IMG/VR virus record: IMGVR_UViG_3300005077_000712
Span: 25,209 to 89,208 of that record
Origin: a virus
Taxonomy: Duplodnaviria; Caudoviricetes
DNA length: 64,000 bases
Reading direction: 5' to 3' (one strand)
Positions 1-9,125 of this stretch are shown in pieces. Positions within the stretch are counted from its first letter, which is position 1; every line of letters starts with the position of its first letter. Below the pieces are notes generated by a model. It ran no database searches and was not told the DNA's origin. It saw nothing but the letters and a program-made list of their open reading frames with translations. Made by a program: the position numbers and the translations under genes.

Positions 1-614
1 TACTCTAAACCATTTGAAATATTTTTAACAATATGTGGCGCGTTAGGAGTGTTTTGAAGTTTCTCATAAAAATCATTTCCAATTTTAATTGAAAAATTAA
101 ATCTATTAAATTGGTTAAGATTTAATTTAGCATCAATAAATTTAAGAATATCAGGATGACTAATATCAAGAAGAGACATGCCCGCACCCCTCCTTGCGCC
201 CCCCTGTTGAACACCATCAAGAACTGAATTAAATATATTTATAAACTGTAATGGTCCTGATGATTTTCTACCCCCAAGACCTTTAATTCCCTCATTACTT
301 CCTCTAAGAGTTGAAAAATCATAGCCTACACCACCACCCATGCGTGTTACTTCAGCACATTCTTTTACTGCATCAAATATACCATTTATACTGTCATCTA
401 TTTTGCCCATAGGGAAACAAGAAGAAAGAGTACCTATCCTTTCTTTTGTATTGGCGTTCATTAACGTAGGTGATGATGGTATAAAATTCATATTTTTTAT
501 ATCATCATATATTTCAGGATATATTGCTGATATTCTTTTTGCTATATGTTCCCATTCAGTTTCATCTTTAAGAAAATACCTATCTTTAAGAATTTTAAGG
601 ATTGATTCCTTCAT
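1..614 (-). CDS. Ribonucleotide reductase large subunit (class II NrdJ-like or NrdA), N-terminal part, runs off the window edge
   Basis: Not in the ORF track. Manual translation gives MKESILKILKDRYF...FIPSSPTLMNA...LSSCF...GGGVGYDFSTLR...SSGPLQF...QQGGARRGAGM...HPDI, which are RNR catalytic-subunit motifs. No ATP cone. Confidence 0.92.
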   Translation of the reverse strand, partial: MKESILKILKDRYFLKDETEWEHIAKRISAIYPEIYDDIKNMNFIPSSPTLMNANTKERIGTLSSCFPMGKIDDSINGIFDAVKECAEVTRMGGGVGYDFSTLRGSNEGIKGLGGRKSSGPLQFINIFNSVLDGVQQGGARRGAGMSLLDISHPDILKFIDAKLNLNQFNRFNFSIKIGNDFYEKLQNTPNAPHIVKNISNGLE

Positions 615-650
615 ATATTAATCTCCAAAATTTTTTAAATATACTTCCAT

Positions 651-1199
651 TTATATTATTTTTGTAATTACTTTGTTTTTCTTTGTCACATACATATAAG
701 CTTGACCAATAATTGCTATATTTCTTTCAACTTCTTTTGATAAAATAAGTGGTTTATCATTATGTGCATAATATTCATCCATTTGATAACAAGCATTATG
801 AATATTATTACTTGGCTCTTGACAATGTATTTCACTTAAATCTTTATTAATATGATTCGGATTTATAACTTTGTAAATATCATACATCATTTCTGTATAT
901 GGATATAAATTATCCATTTTAATATTTCTAAAATCTATAAAATCTTCATCATATTTTAAAGATAATTTATTTCTTGGAGCAATCCAAACTTTACAATAAA
1001 TCATATCTTTAATAAATTTTTCATTCTTTTCTGAATCTAACCACATATATAACATTTTATCTTCATTCTCATTTAAAAAATTAGTTGCTCTAAAACTTTC
1101 TAAATGATGATTTAATTTTATCTTTGATGGCATTAATCTATTTTTAAGAATACTGTTTCTATTATAATTTTCAGATATATGTATTGCAATTTTCCCCAT
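651..1199 (-). CDS. Hypothetical protein
   Basis: 182-aa ORF, co-oriented with neighbours; no motif recognised. Confidence 0.6.
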   Translation of the reverse strand: MGKIAIHISENYNRNSILKNRLMPSKIKLNHHLESFRATNFLNENEDKMLYMWLDSEKNEKFIKDMIYCKVWIAPRNKLSLKYDEDFIDFRNIKMDNLYPYTEMMYDIYKVINPNHINKDLSEIHCQEPSNNIHNACYQMDEYYAHNDKPLILSKEVERNIAIIGQAYMYVTKKNKVITKII

Positions 1200-1330
1200 A
1201 TATTAATCCATTAAAAATCTTTTTATTTTGTCAAAAAATATAACTATATAAATAAAACAAAACAAAAAAATAATAAGTATTTTATCTACCCACCATTCTA
1301 TAATACTTAAAATCCATTCAAAAAAAAATT

Positions 1331-1618
1331 CTAATGTTTGCATTTACACTCCTTATTAATTTTATTAGTTATTCTTATTAACTCTTCTTCAAATTTTTGT
1401 TCATTAGTAATAAGTTCATTTTCTAAAATATTAATTTGTTGTTTCAATTTTTCATTTTCTAATTTATAAAATTTCATACTTTTTAATTCAATATCATTAT
1501 AAAATTCAAAAGTTTCAATATATTGCAAAACCTCTTTATCTTCTCTTTTTTTTAATATTTCTTTTATTTCCATTATTGAATCATAAGCAGTTGGAATATA
1601 CTTCCCGTTAGTCATCAT
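1331..1618 (-). CDS. Hypothetical protein with C-terminal coiled coil
   Basis: 95-aa ORF. Confidence 0.55.
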   Translation of the reverse strand: MMTNGKYIPTAYDSIMEIKEILKKREDKEVLQYIETFEFYNDIELKSMKFYKLENEKLKQQINILENELITNEQKFEEELIRITNKINKECKCKH

Positions 1619-1634
1619 AATTTACTCCAGATTT

Positions 1635-1799
1635 TTATTTACTAATATTACCGCAAGTTTTACACTTTAAACTCCCATCTTTTTGTTCATAATAATTATG
1701 ACCACTTATATAACCCATTGATAAGGAAAAAAATGAAGAATAGATATAAGTATAATAAATACTACGAATAAAACAAATTATGCTGAAGATTTTTTTCAT
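1635..1799 (-). CDS. Small hypothetical protein with C-terminal CxxC
   Basis: 54 aa, MKKIFSIICF...HNYYEQKDGSLKCKTCGNISK; its stop lies just before the next gene's RBS. Confidence 0.45.
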   Translation of the reverse strand: MKKIFSIICFIRSIYYTYIYSSFFSLSMGYISGHNYYEQKDGSLKCKTCGNISK

Positions 1800-1856
1800 T
1801 TTTTACCTGTCTTTTATTATATTTTATAATATATAAAAAAGTCTAAAATTAAAATA

Positions 1857-1886
1857 AAAAACCCTAATTTTTTAAATTAGGGTTTT
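1857..1886. terminator. Intrinsic terminator hairpin
   Basis: AAAACCCTAATT-loop-AATTAGGGTTTT with A/T tails. Confidence 0.6.
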
Positions 1887-1915
1887 AACTCTTTATATAA
1901 AAAGTTAAATAATTT

Positions 1916-2146
1916 TTATTTCTTTTTCCAATGGAATCCTTTATAAATAGAATAATAAATCACATTTTCATTATGAAATCTTTTAATCTCATATTTACCA
2001 TTATTACTAATCATTCCATTATTCTTTGTATTATAAATAAGTTTTTTGTTATTTATTATTTGCACAATTTCAATCTCTTCATATTGTTGCGAAAAAACAA
2101 AAGTTGTATTAAATAATAAAATTAAAATTAATAATTTTGTTATCAT
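1916..2146 (-). CDS. Small secreted protein
   Basis: Probable start MITKLLILILLFNTTFVFSQ, which looks like a signal peptide. Confidence 0.5.
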   Translation of the reverse strand: MITKLLILILLFNTTFVFSQQYEEIEIVQIINNKKLIYNTKNNGMISNNGKYEIKRFHNENVIYYSIYKGFHWKKK

Positions 2147-2150
2147 TTGT

Positions 2151-2213
2151 TTATTTCCCACCTTTCTTACCACTTTTCTTAACTTTAGGTTCTTTTTTAG
2201 TTGAACAAGCCAT
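2151..2213 (-). CDS. 20-aa basic peptide MACSTKKEPKVKKSGKKGGK
   Basis: Strong GGAGG RBS 8 nt upstream of the ATG; not in the ORF track. Confidence 0.45.
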   Translation of the reverse strand: MACSTKKEPKVKKSGKKGGK

Positions 2214-2260
2214 GAAATTTACCTCCATTATATAATATAATCTTATATTATCAAAAGGCT

Positions 2261-2292
2261 AAAAAAAAAAGACATTTTATTGTCTTTTTTTT
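2261..2292. terminator. Intrinsic terminator hairpin
   Basis: A-run GACA-ttttat-TGTC T-run. Confidence 0.45.
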
Positions 2293-2317
2293 ATAAAATA
2301 AAAATTTTAAAATTTAA

Positions 2318-2440
2318 TTATTTTTTTACTTCTGTTGTAACTGCCTTTTCATCAACTTTAGGAGTTTCATCAACTTTGGTACATGACATAATACCAACTG
2401 TAAAAATAGCAACTACAAGCAACATAAAAAATCTTTTCAT
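2318..2440 (-). CDS. 40-aa lipoprotein
   Basis: MKRFFMLLVVAIFTVGIMSC-TKVDETPKVDEKAVTTEVKK: signal peptide with lipobox Cys; GAGG RBS. Confidence 0.65.
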   Translation of the reverse strand: MKRFFMLLVVAIFTVGIMSCTKVDETPKVDEKAVTTEVKK

Positions 2441-2534
2441 TCCACAACCTCTTTAAAATAATTTATCGGAAAAACCGATTTATAAAATATTATATTATTA
2501 AATCATATAAATAATATAATTTTTATTTACTTTT

Positions 2535-2999
2535 TTAAGCTTTTTTTCCAGCAATCCATCCTCTGCAATTTTCAGAACCACATGAACAATTAAATGTATT
2601 ATAAAGAACATCTTCTGTATCATTATAATCACATGTCAATCTATCAAAAACCTTAATAGGTTTAATAACAATTGCTGTTAATGTATTCATATCTAATTTC
2701 AAATTTGGGTCACAACTATGAAGTAGTTTCCCAGAAAAAAATGGATCATGAATATATATTCCTTCTTTATGCTGAAGACTATGAAGTGTTTGTTTTGTTA
2801 AAAACCATCCTGTCCATCTAAATGCTATATCTTCAACATTAAGACTAATCAATGAAATTATTCCTTCATTAATCGCTTCAGGACTTTTTACAATCTGAAA
2901 AAATGTTTTTAATGGTTCATAATCAAATACAGGGACTTCAATAGGATAAAACCTATCTTCTTGCTTTACATTTTCCCAATTTTTTATACTTAATATCAT
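2535..2999 (-). CDS. SET-domain protein (putative lysine methyltransferase) with post-SET motif
   Basis: LLHSCDPN (NHSC motif), LTCDY (ELxxDY), post-SET CSCGSENCRG. Confidence 0.85.
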   Translation of the reverse strand: MILSIKNWENVKQEDRFYPIEVPVFDYEPLKTFFQIVKSPEAINEGIISLISLNVEDIAFRWTGWFLTKQTLHSLQHKEGIYIHDPFFSGKLLHSCDPNLKLDMNTLTAIVIKPIKVFDRLTCDYNDTEDVLYNTFNCSCGSENCRGWIAGKKA

Positions 3000-3580
3000 T
3001 CTTTCCCTCTAAATTTATAATTATTTAAAACACGAATATCCGTATCTTTAGTAAGACCTTTATTCCAATGTTTACATCCTTTATTTGCTTTAGAAATTTT
3101 TTCCTTATGCTCTTTTGTAAGAATTTTCCCAATATGAGATTGTTTCATTTTATTTCTTGATTCTAAAGAGAATTTTCTACCTATATTTGGGCCAGGTTTA
3201 CCTTTGCATTTTAAACTTATTTTTAATTTTGTTTCTTCAGAATGTTTTTATGCCTTTACAACCTGATCCACCTTCTATTAAGTTATAACCATAAATTTTA
3301 TTATTACTATTAAAAAAACTTATACATTCTTTTTCACAATTATCTAGTTCTTCATATGTTTTACAATATCCTAAAATTTCCCATTTAAAATTATGTTTTT
3401 TATATTTTCTTATAGCCATATAAAGATATTTTATGTTTTTTTATTGAAAGCCATACTTAAATGATATTTATAATATATATCAAAATTTTGTATAGTTTGC
3501 CCAATATAAATTTTATTATTTATTAAGTTTGTTACTTTATAAATTAAACCAACAAAATTTATATTAATATCTAATTGCAA
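2996..3580 (-). pseudogene. GIY-YIG homing endonuclease with NUMOD3 repeats, frameshifted
   Basis: TTG start after AAGGAGG. GLIYKVTNLINNKIYIGQT...GYNLIEGG...HSEETKLKIS...HKEKISKANKG is restored by removing three single extra A's in A-runs. Confidence 0.8.
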
Positions 3581-3593
3581 TTAATCTACCTCC

Positions 3594-3908
3594 TTAAAAT
3601 ATAATTTTTGTTATTACTATCCAAGCTATAAAAAAAGTAATAATATTTCCTAAAATTTCTATAAAATCCATTTGTTCTTCTGTATATTTTGAGGCATTAT
3701 AAAATACAAAAGATGAATTTATTAATGAAGTAGCTCCAAGCATTTTTTTAAAGAACATTAATGCTAATGCTGTAGAATAATTAATTAAAAGCAATGTTGA
3801 AGAAATATATGGGGCTATACAATTCCACATATCTTGCAAAAACATTGCATTTAAAAAAAGTGAACCAAAACTCATTATTATACCAAATATTTTTAAACCT
3901 TTATTCAT
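3594..3908 (-). CDS. Membrane protein
   Basis: 104 aa with about three hydrophobic segments. Confidence 0.6.
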   Translation of the reverse strand: MNKGLKIFGIIMSFGSLFLNAMFLQDMWNCIAPYISSTLLLINYSTALALMFFKKMLGATSLINSSFVFYNASKYTEEQMDFIEILGNIITFFIAWIVITKIIF

Positions 3909-5002
3909 AAAACTTCTTCCCCCATAAAAAATATTTTACCTTTATACTTTTCTTTAAAATGAACTTTTAACTGTTTTTTTATAACAGGTAAAATTTCTTT
4001 ACCATCAAGTAGAATAAACATAATTGAACTTTCTTTTTCTTGTGCTATTTGAGTTCTTAATTCAGTTCTTTTATATTTTTTCTTTAATTCTTCTAATTTA
4101 ATAGATGCCATATTTTCTTTTTCAAGAATCCAATTAGAAAATTCATCTCTGAATCCTTCAAGCATTTTAGCTTTATCAGCATATCCATAAGTATAAAGTT
4201 CAGAAATATAATCATCAATAGATTCATTGATATATAATTCTAATATATCATTTATAGAAAACTTAGATAAAGCTCTATGTCTATTAAGATACCATTGAGT
4301 TTTAACTTTATATAGATTACTTCCATCTCCTATTACAAAACCTTCAACCCCTTCAAGAGATTTAGTATATTCTATAAATTCTTTTAAAGTGCTAAGTTTA
4401 TCATTAACATTAAAAGTATTATAAAACTGATATTCACCAGTTCTATTATTTCTTATAGCTAATGGTTGTAATTGTTGTTCTTTATATTGTATTACAATTG
4501 GATTCTCATTATCTAAAAATTCAAATAAAGGAGTTAAACCATCTTTTAATTGAGACATAACTTTTTCTTTAACTTTATCACAAGTTTTTGAAAATAGTTC
4601 AGTTGCTTTTATAGCAACTTCAGAATAAAAACTTTTTTTAGATTTAAAAATAATCTTATCATTAACTAAAACAGGCATAACTAAAGACCCATCCCATTTA
4701 GTATCAATATAATTAATTTTATTCCAATTAATTAAATATTCTTGAGTTTCAGGACGTTGATTAATATTGAAAAATTTATGATATGGTCTACAAATAATAT
4801 CACCAGTAGACATATCAAAAGTTATACCTCTACACTCTCTTGCCAAAGCAGAATTAAAAGTAGTATCAGTTTCAATCATATAAGAAATTATACCAAATTC
4901 AATACCATCAACTATTTCAGTTTTTAGTTTAATTTCTTTCTTATTCTTTAATATATCATCAAACTGACTTATATTTGTTATTATTGGAAAATTCATTTTC
5001 AT
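3905..5002 (-). CDS. rnlA: RNA ligase, T4 Rnl1-like
   Basis: ARECRGITF, RPYHKFFN, motif I KWDGS, EGFV, YKVK. Confidence 0.9.
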   Translation of the reverse strand: MKMNFPIITNISQFDDILKNKKEIKLKTEIVDGIEFGIISYMIETDTTFNSALARECRGITFDMSTGDIICRPYHKFFNINQRPETQEYLINWNKINYIDTKWDGSLVMPVLVNDKIIFKSKKSFYSEVAIKATELFSKTCDKVKEKVMSQLKDGLTPLFEFLDNENPIVIQYKEQQLQPLAIRNNRTGEYQFYNTFNVNDKLSTLKEFIEYTKSLEGVEGFVIGDGSNLYKVKTQWYLNRHRALSKFSINDILELYINESIDDYISELYTYGYADKAKMLEGFRDEFSNWILEKENMASIKLEELKKKYKRTELRTQIAQEKESSIMFILLDGKEILPVIKKQLKVHFKEKYKGKIFFMGEEVL

Positions 5003-5114
5003 GCCTCAATTCACATTCAAGTTCTTCTCTTTTAAAGTCTTCTTTCTCTCTATTAACTGCATATCTTTCAATTCTTTCTCTTTCTGAAAAGGATTTATTC
5101 ATATAATTTTTCAT
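4959..5114 (-). CDS. Small hypothetical protein
   Basis: Probable start MKNYMNK after an AGGAG RBS. Confidence 0.4.
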   Translation of the reverse strand: MKNYMNKSFSERERIERYAVNREKEDFKREELECELRHENEFSNNNKYKSV

Positions 5115-5130
5115 AGTTTTCTCCTTTGTT

Positions 5131-6018
5131 TTAATATTCATTAAGTCCATAAGCATCTTGTCTTACATCAAAAGTAAATAGACCAAGTTTATCTTGCCAA
5201 CATTCTGATAATACTTGAATCCTATCATCAAAAACACCAACAACATTAAACTTTGGTTCTATGTATTTTCTATATAACTCTTCTTTAATAATTGAATCTC
5301 TTCTGTTATCTCCTTCCTCTCTCATATAAAGATAATCATTATCAATGAGATAATAATTTAACCACATAGCTGTTTCACTTCTATATTTTGAATCTCTACC
5401 TGAAAGAACAATTATGATATAGCCTGATTTTTTTAAAGCATTTAAAATACTAATAACTGGATATATAGGAAGATCCATACCAACTTTAGTACCATCAAAA
5501 ATATCTCTATCAGGATGTTTCAAAGCTAATGTACCATCTATATCAAAAATAAATGCAGGTTTTTTATCTGATTTAACTATATAAGAAAAATCATAACAAT
5601 CTCTTTCAGGTTTATTTGCTATATATTTTTTATAAGTATTTCTTATAACTCTTTCACCAACAGAAAATGGTCTTCGTTTATCTCTTTCAATTGCATCATC
5701 AAGAGATACATCAAATCTTTTTATTTCAATATCTACTTTTGGAGATATAGTTTTAATAAACTCTATATTTTTTTTAAGAGTTTTTGGGTTAAGATTCATT
5801 TCATCTATAACAAGATTATGACCATCCCTAAGAATAGTTTTTACATTTTCTCCCCAAATTTTTTGAACAAGTTTCTCTGACTTATAAGAATAATCATCTA
5901 TCATGTGTCTAATAGCATCACGATTAACTCTTTTATAAGTTTTATTAGTTTTAAGAAATTCAGTTACCCAAGTAGATTTACCTGAGCCTTGTATTCCTTG
6001 AGTAAGTATAACTTTCAT
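5131..6018 (-). CDS. pseT: Polynucleotide 5'-kinase/3'-phosphatase (T4 Pnkp-like)
   Basis: P-loop GIQGSGKS, RVNRD, HAD motif DIDGT, VFDDR. Confidence 0.93.
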   Translation of the reverse strand: MKVILTQGIQGSGKSTWVTEFLKTNKTYKRVNRDAIRHMIDDYSYKSEKLVQKIWGENVKTILRDGHNLVIDEMNLNPKTLKKNIEFIKTISPKVDIEIKRFDVSLDDAIERDKRRPFSVGERVIRNTYKKYIANKPERDCYDFSYIVKSDKKPAFIFDIDGTLALKHPDRDIFDGTKVGMDLPIYPVISILNALKKSGYIIIVLSGRDSKYRSETAMWLNYYLIDNDYLYMREEGDNRRDSIIKEELYRKYIEPKFNVVGVFDDRIQVLSECWQDKLGLFTFDVRQDAYGLNEY

Positions 6019-6020
6019 TT

Positions 6021-6248
6021 TTATTCCTCTGTCCAATCAAAAGTTAATGAAACTTTTGATTTTTTATTTTTTTTAGATGCTTTCATTTTAAATTCTAAAG
6101 TATCATTAAATTTCAATATTAATTGTTCTTTATCTTTTCTAAGTACAAGTTCTCCACCTTTAAAGGCAGATGCCAACATTTTTAAATAATTTGAGATTGA
6201 TTTAGAATCTTGGACTGCTTTATGTTTAAAATTTAATTTTTTTTTCAT
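6021..6248 (-). CDS. Amphi-Trp domain protein
   Basis: 75 aa ending in an alternating beta pattern, KVSLTFDW. Confidence 0.7.
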   Translation of the reverse strand: MKKKLNFKHKAVQDSKSISNYLKMLASAFKGGELVLRKDKEQLILKFNDTLEFKMKASKKNKKSKVSLTFDWTEE

Positions 6249-6259
6249 ATTTTTTTCTA

Positions 6260-6748
6260 TTAATTTCCTTTTAATTTAATAAATTTTCCATTATTTGTTT
6301 CACTAAACCTTTTTAATTCAGTTTTTGCAAAATCACCATAAGCAATTAAAACCGATGGAGCATTTGCAGAATCACCTTTTCTCCCATCAACATAATGGAA
6401 AGCAAGTCTACCTTTGAAAAAGAAAACTGCATCTGCTCTATCCCACACTTCAGAATGAAAACCTTTTGTTTCAGTTCTTGCAAAAGTTAAAGCAATACAA
6501 TTATTATGTTCATGACATTTTTTTAACCAAATATATGTTTCTCTACCATATGGAGGATTACAAAAAACAAATCCTTCCCAAACTTGAATTAAACCGTTAT
6601 TATTTATATTGAAATGTTTTTTAGCAGTATCCCACGGTCTACTTATTGGGCTACATGGATCTAAATCGAAACTAAAAAAATCAGTAATATATTTAGGTGT
6701 AAGCCATTCATCATTATTTTTTGTATTTGTATTAAAACTATTACTCAT
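6260..6748 (-). CDS. Phage N6-adenine DNA methyltransferase (Dam family)
   Basis: DEWLTP, FDLDPC, VFCNPPYG. Confidence 0.88.
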   Translation of the reverse strand: MSNSFNTNTKNNDEWLTPKYITDFFSFDLDPCSPISRPWDTAKKHFNINNNGLIQVWEGFVFCNPPYGRETYIWLKKCHEHNNCIALTFARTETKGFHSEVWDRADAVFFFKGRLAFHYVDGRKGDSANAPSVLIAYGDFAKTELKRFSETNNGKFIKLKGN

Positions 6749-7065
6749 TTATTTTCCTTTAAATAATATTCTCTATATTCTGATAATATAGATTCTAAAT
6801 TACATAAAACACATGGGCATGAATCTTTAGTACAATCACCAGAATGAATTGGTTTTTTATCTTCTAAAAGACTTCTGATAAAAAGTCTTACATTAGCAAT
6901 AATATCATCATATTCACGATCATACCATTCAAACAAATTATATTTATCTTTATGTAAATTATCATTTTTATAATACTCTGTCAAGTTATTATTTTTATCT
7001 ATAATACCCGCATCTTGTAATTCTTTAAGTGCAAGAACTTGAGAAGATGATAATTTTTTTACCAT
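6745..7065 (-). CDS. Hypothetical protein
   Basis: 106-aa ORF with CxxxxCxCxxC. Confidence 0.55.
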   Translation of the reverse strand: MVKKLSSSQVLALKELQDAGIIDKNNNLTEYYKNDNLHKDKYNLFEWYDREYDDIIANVRLFIRSLLEDKKPIHSGDCTKDSCPCVLCNLESILSEYREYYLKENK

Positions 7066-7106
7066 AATTTTTTAAATCTTTAATTAGTTTTTTATTACTC
7101 ATCATC

Positions 7107-7454
7107 CTATTCTTCCTTTAAATATTTAATTTCATCTTCTTCACAAGCAATAATTTTATATTCTATAGCCTTAATAAAACTTTGATTAACAATATCAATC
7201 ACTATTTTATCTATCTGCATATTAGTCAATCTATTTTTATAATATTTACCTCTTTGAGAAATAACATATTCAAATGTTTCTGGATTACACCCTCCTCCAA
7301 ATGTAGCATTATTAGAATCAATTATACTACATATCTCATCTATAAAACAATCCATTTGTTTATTAGATAAAATAGTTTCAAAAGTTCCTTTAATAGCTAT
7401 ATAAGGTTCAAAAAATTCTTTTATTCTTAATTTTTTTCTCAATCTCTTTTTCAC
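7107..7454 (-). CDS. yggL: YggL (DUF469)-like 50S ribosome-binding protein
   Basis: GTG start. MKKRLRKKLRIKEF...FIDE...FGGG resembles YggL RRLRKKMHIDEF...FINE...FDGSG. Confidence 0.75.
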   Translation of the reverse strand: MKKRLRKKLRIKEFFEPYIAIKGTFETILSNKQMDCFIDEICSIIDSNNATFGGGCNPETFEYVISQRGKYYKNRLTNMQIDKIVIDIVNQSFIKAIEYKIIACEEDEIKYLKEE

Positions 7455-7507
7455 TTGTAAGTTCCTTTTAAAAAGATTATACGCACTTCTTATAATTACT
7501 GTTATGG

Positions 7508-7723
7508 CTAATTGCCTTTTAACTTCTCCAATCGCTGAATCATTATCGCTCTGTATTTATTTGCACCTTCAATCGCTCTTACTGTCTTTATGTTGCAATA
7601 TGGTAGGTTTGTGCTTCTGTCTGTAAACCACTCATCAACTTCCTGTTCGGTAGGCAACATAGCCATAACATCGGTTATATTCAATACCTTGCTTTCGTCT
7701 TGTTTTTTAGTTTTGTTTTTCAT
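7508..7723 (-). CDS. Cassette ORF, hypothetical
   Basis: Starts inside attC 7663-7794 and reads through the core as LNITDVMAM. Confidence 0.7.
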   Translation of the reverse strand: MKNKTKKQDESKVLNITDVMAMLPTEQEVDEWFTDRSTNLPYCNIKTVRAIEGANKYRAIMIQRLEKLKGN

Positions 7724-7794
7724 ATCAAGTTTTTTTTATTATTCAAAATTTGTGTTTCAAAATCGGCACTAAATATAGCCGAGAAACGTTAGGC
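7663..7794. other. attC-like site 1
   Basis: Minus strand: GCCTAAC GTTTC TCGGCTATATTTAGT...ATTGAATATAACCGA T GTTATGG. Confidence 0.8.
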
Positions 7795-8058
7795 GACATG
7801 CAACCTTAATCTATACATAATATCTATAAATTTGACAAGATTTTCCGTGCTTAAAAACTTAATCGGAATTTCTCCAGCATCATACATTTTTACTATTTCC
7901 CGCACGTCTCCTAACACGGCATTTGAGTCCGCTTCGCACATTGCCTCAATTATTACATCAGCTAAAAATCCGAACACTTTCGGCGGTATTTCCTGAATGT
8001 TACCATCACCGTCATTTGCAAAATTTTTTATTATATTTAATAACTTTTCTCTATACAT
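7789..8058 (-). CDS. Cassette ORF, hypothetical
   Basis: Starts in the loop of attC site 2, crosses the core as SNAVLGDVR, stop is the TAA of GCCTAAC. Confidence 0.7.
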   Translation of the reverse strand: MYREKLLNIIKNFANDGDGNIQEIPPKVFGFLADVIIEAMCEADSNAVLGDVREIVKMYDAGEIPIKFLSTENLVKFIDIMYRLRLHVA

Positions 8059-8109
8059 AACTTTCTTCTGTTAATTCGGCAACGTCTCAAATGCCGGGTA
8101 ATGTTGTAC
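7909..8109. other. attC-like site 2 (long, coding loop)
   Basis: Minus strand: GTACAAC ATTACC CGGCATTTGAG...CTCAAATGCCG T GTTAGGA; 11-bp perfect arms. Confidence 0.8.
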
Positions 8110-8110
8110 G

Positions 8111-8392
8111 TCATTTGAGCTTTGCCCACTTTGTAATATTCTTAAACGGCTCAAACCGTGAATTATCAAAACAATACATTCCTGCACACAAATAAACCAC
8201 TGGTCCACCCTCATCACATACCCATGCTTCAACGGTAAACTTTGACATCGCACATCCACCAATTCCCCCTCTCGGACCAGCTGTAGACCCGAATGTTTCT
8301 GGATAAGCATAATAATCTAAATCCATATACTCGACTTTTCGATCCTTAAGTATATCAATAACTTCTTGCGGTGGTTTGTTTTGATAATTCAC
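8111..8392 (-). CDS. Cassette ORF, hypothetical
   Basis: 93 aa (YPETFGSTAGPRGGIGG); AGGAG RBS. Confidence 0.7.
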   Translation of the reverse strand: MNYQNKPPQEVIDILKDRKVEYMDLDYYAYPETFGSTAGPRGGIGGCAMSKFTVEAWVCDEGGPVVYLCAGMYCFDNSRFEPFKNITKWAKLK

Positions 8393-8437
8393 GGCCTTTC
8401 TCCTTTCATGTATTTTATTCTGTGACGCTCAAACGAC

Positions 8438-8518
8438 GCACAACACTCGCTAAACGCTTCGCTTCGCTCGGCCTTCGGCACATGGCTTCGCCACGTCGTT
8501 TAGCTCTGCATGTTGTAC
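8438..8518. other. attC-like site 3
   Basis: Minus strand: GTACAAC ATGCAGA GCTAAACG...CGTTTAGC GAGT GTTGTGC. Confidence 0.85.
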
Positions 8519-8531
8519 GAAAGACGCACGA

Positions 8532-8732
8532 CTAATACTCTATTGGTTCATCCTTGTATTCATAAGTGTAATTACCGGTTCCCGTCCCGCTCGTTGTTAA
8601 TACGCTATGAAGTGCCTCATGCCCGCAAATAACACATCGCTTGAATGACGAGTCTCCGTGCCATACATGTTCAGGTTCTACGGTTGACCCACATTTTTTA
8701 CACTTATAACTTTGTTCAATCTTTATATACAT
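8532..8732 (-). CDS. Cassette ORF, small zinc-ribbon protein
   Basis: CKKC...CVIC; AGGAGG RBS. Confidence 0.7.
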   Translation of the reverse strand: MYIKIEQSYKCKKCGSTVEPEHVWHGDSSFKRCVICGHEALHSVLTTSGTGTGNYTYEYKDEPIEY

Positions 8733-8756
8733 AAATCCTCCTTTCGTGCGTCCTTC

Positions 8757-8847
8757 GTACAACAAAGCGTGAAACGAAAAACGACTTTATTTTATTTACA
8801 ACACTTTTACTATTCAGCGTTCTTCGTTTACGCTTGAATAGTTAGCG
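8757..8847. other. attC-like site 4
   Basis: Minus strand: CGCTAAC TATTCA AGCGTAAACG...CGTTTCACGCT TT GTTGTAC; one extrahelical base. Confidence 0.85.
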
Positions 8848-9071
8848 AACATTGCCATCGACTTGTTGCTTGTACCAATCCGCTCCCTCGCAAAATATGT
8901 GCATAGAAATACTTTCCTCAACGCCATATCTTTTGGCCAGCCACTGATATTTTTAATACGTTGTTTATTCAAATCCCCCGCATAATGGTCGGGCAACGAT
9001 CCGCTAACACGGCGTAAAACGAAAGCCGTCTTTATTATCTCAATTATCTTTCTGTACCATGTAGTTTTCAT
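8814..9071 (-). CDS. Cassette ORF, hypothetical
   Basis: AGGAG RBS and ATG inside attC site 5; crosses the core as LRRVSGSL. Confidence 0.65.
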   Translation of the reverse strand: MKTTWYRKIIEIIKTAFVLRRVSGSLPDHYAGDLNKQRIKNISGWPKDMALRKVFLCTYFARERIGTSNKSMAMFANYSSVNEER

Positions 9072-9125
9072 CTTGATTAAACTCCTTGTATTATCGGCCT
9101 ATCGTTTACGCCGGAATAGTTAGGC
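9002..9125. other. attC-like site 5
   Basis: Minus strand: GCCTAAC TATTC CGGCGTAAA...TTTACGCCG T GTTAGCG. Confidence 0.8.

Noticed and set aside
340-621. Plus-strand 93-aa ORF
   Set aside because: It is the antisense shadow of the ribonucleotide reductase gene.
8071-8310. Alternative-frame ORFs 8071-8310, 9930-10211 and 12480-12671
   Set aside because: They overlap better-supported cassette genes or attC hairpins and lack an RBS.
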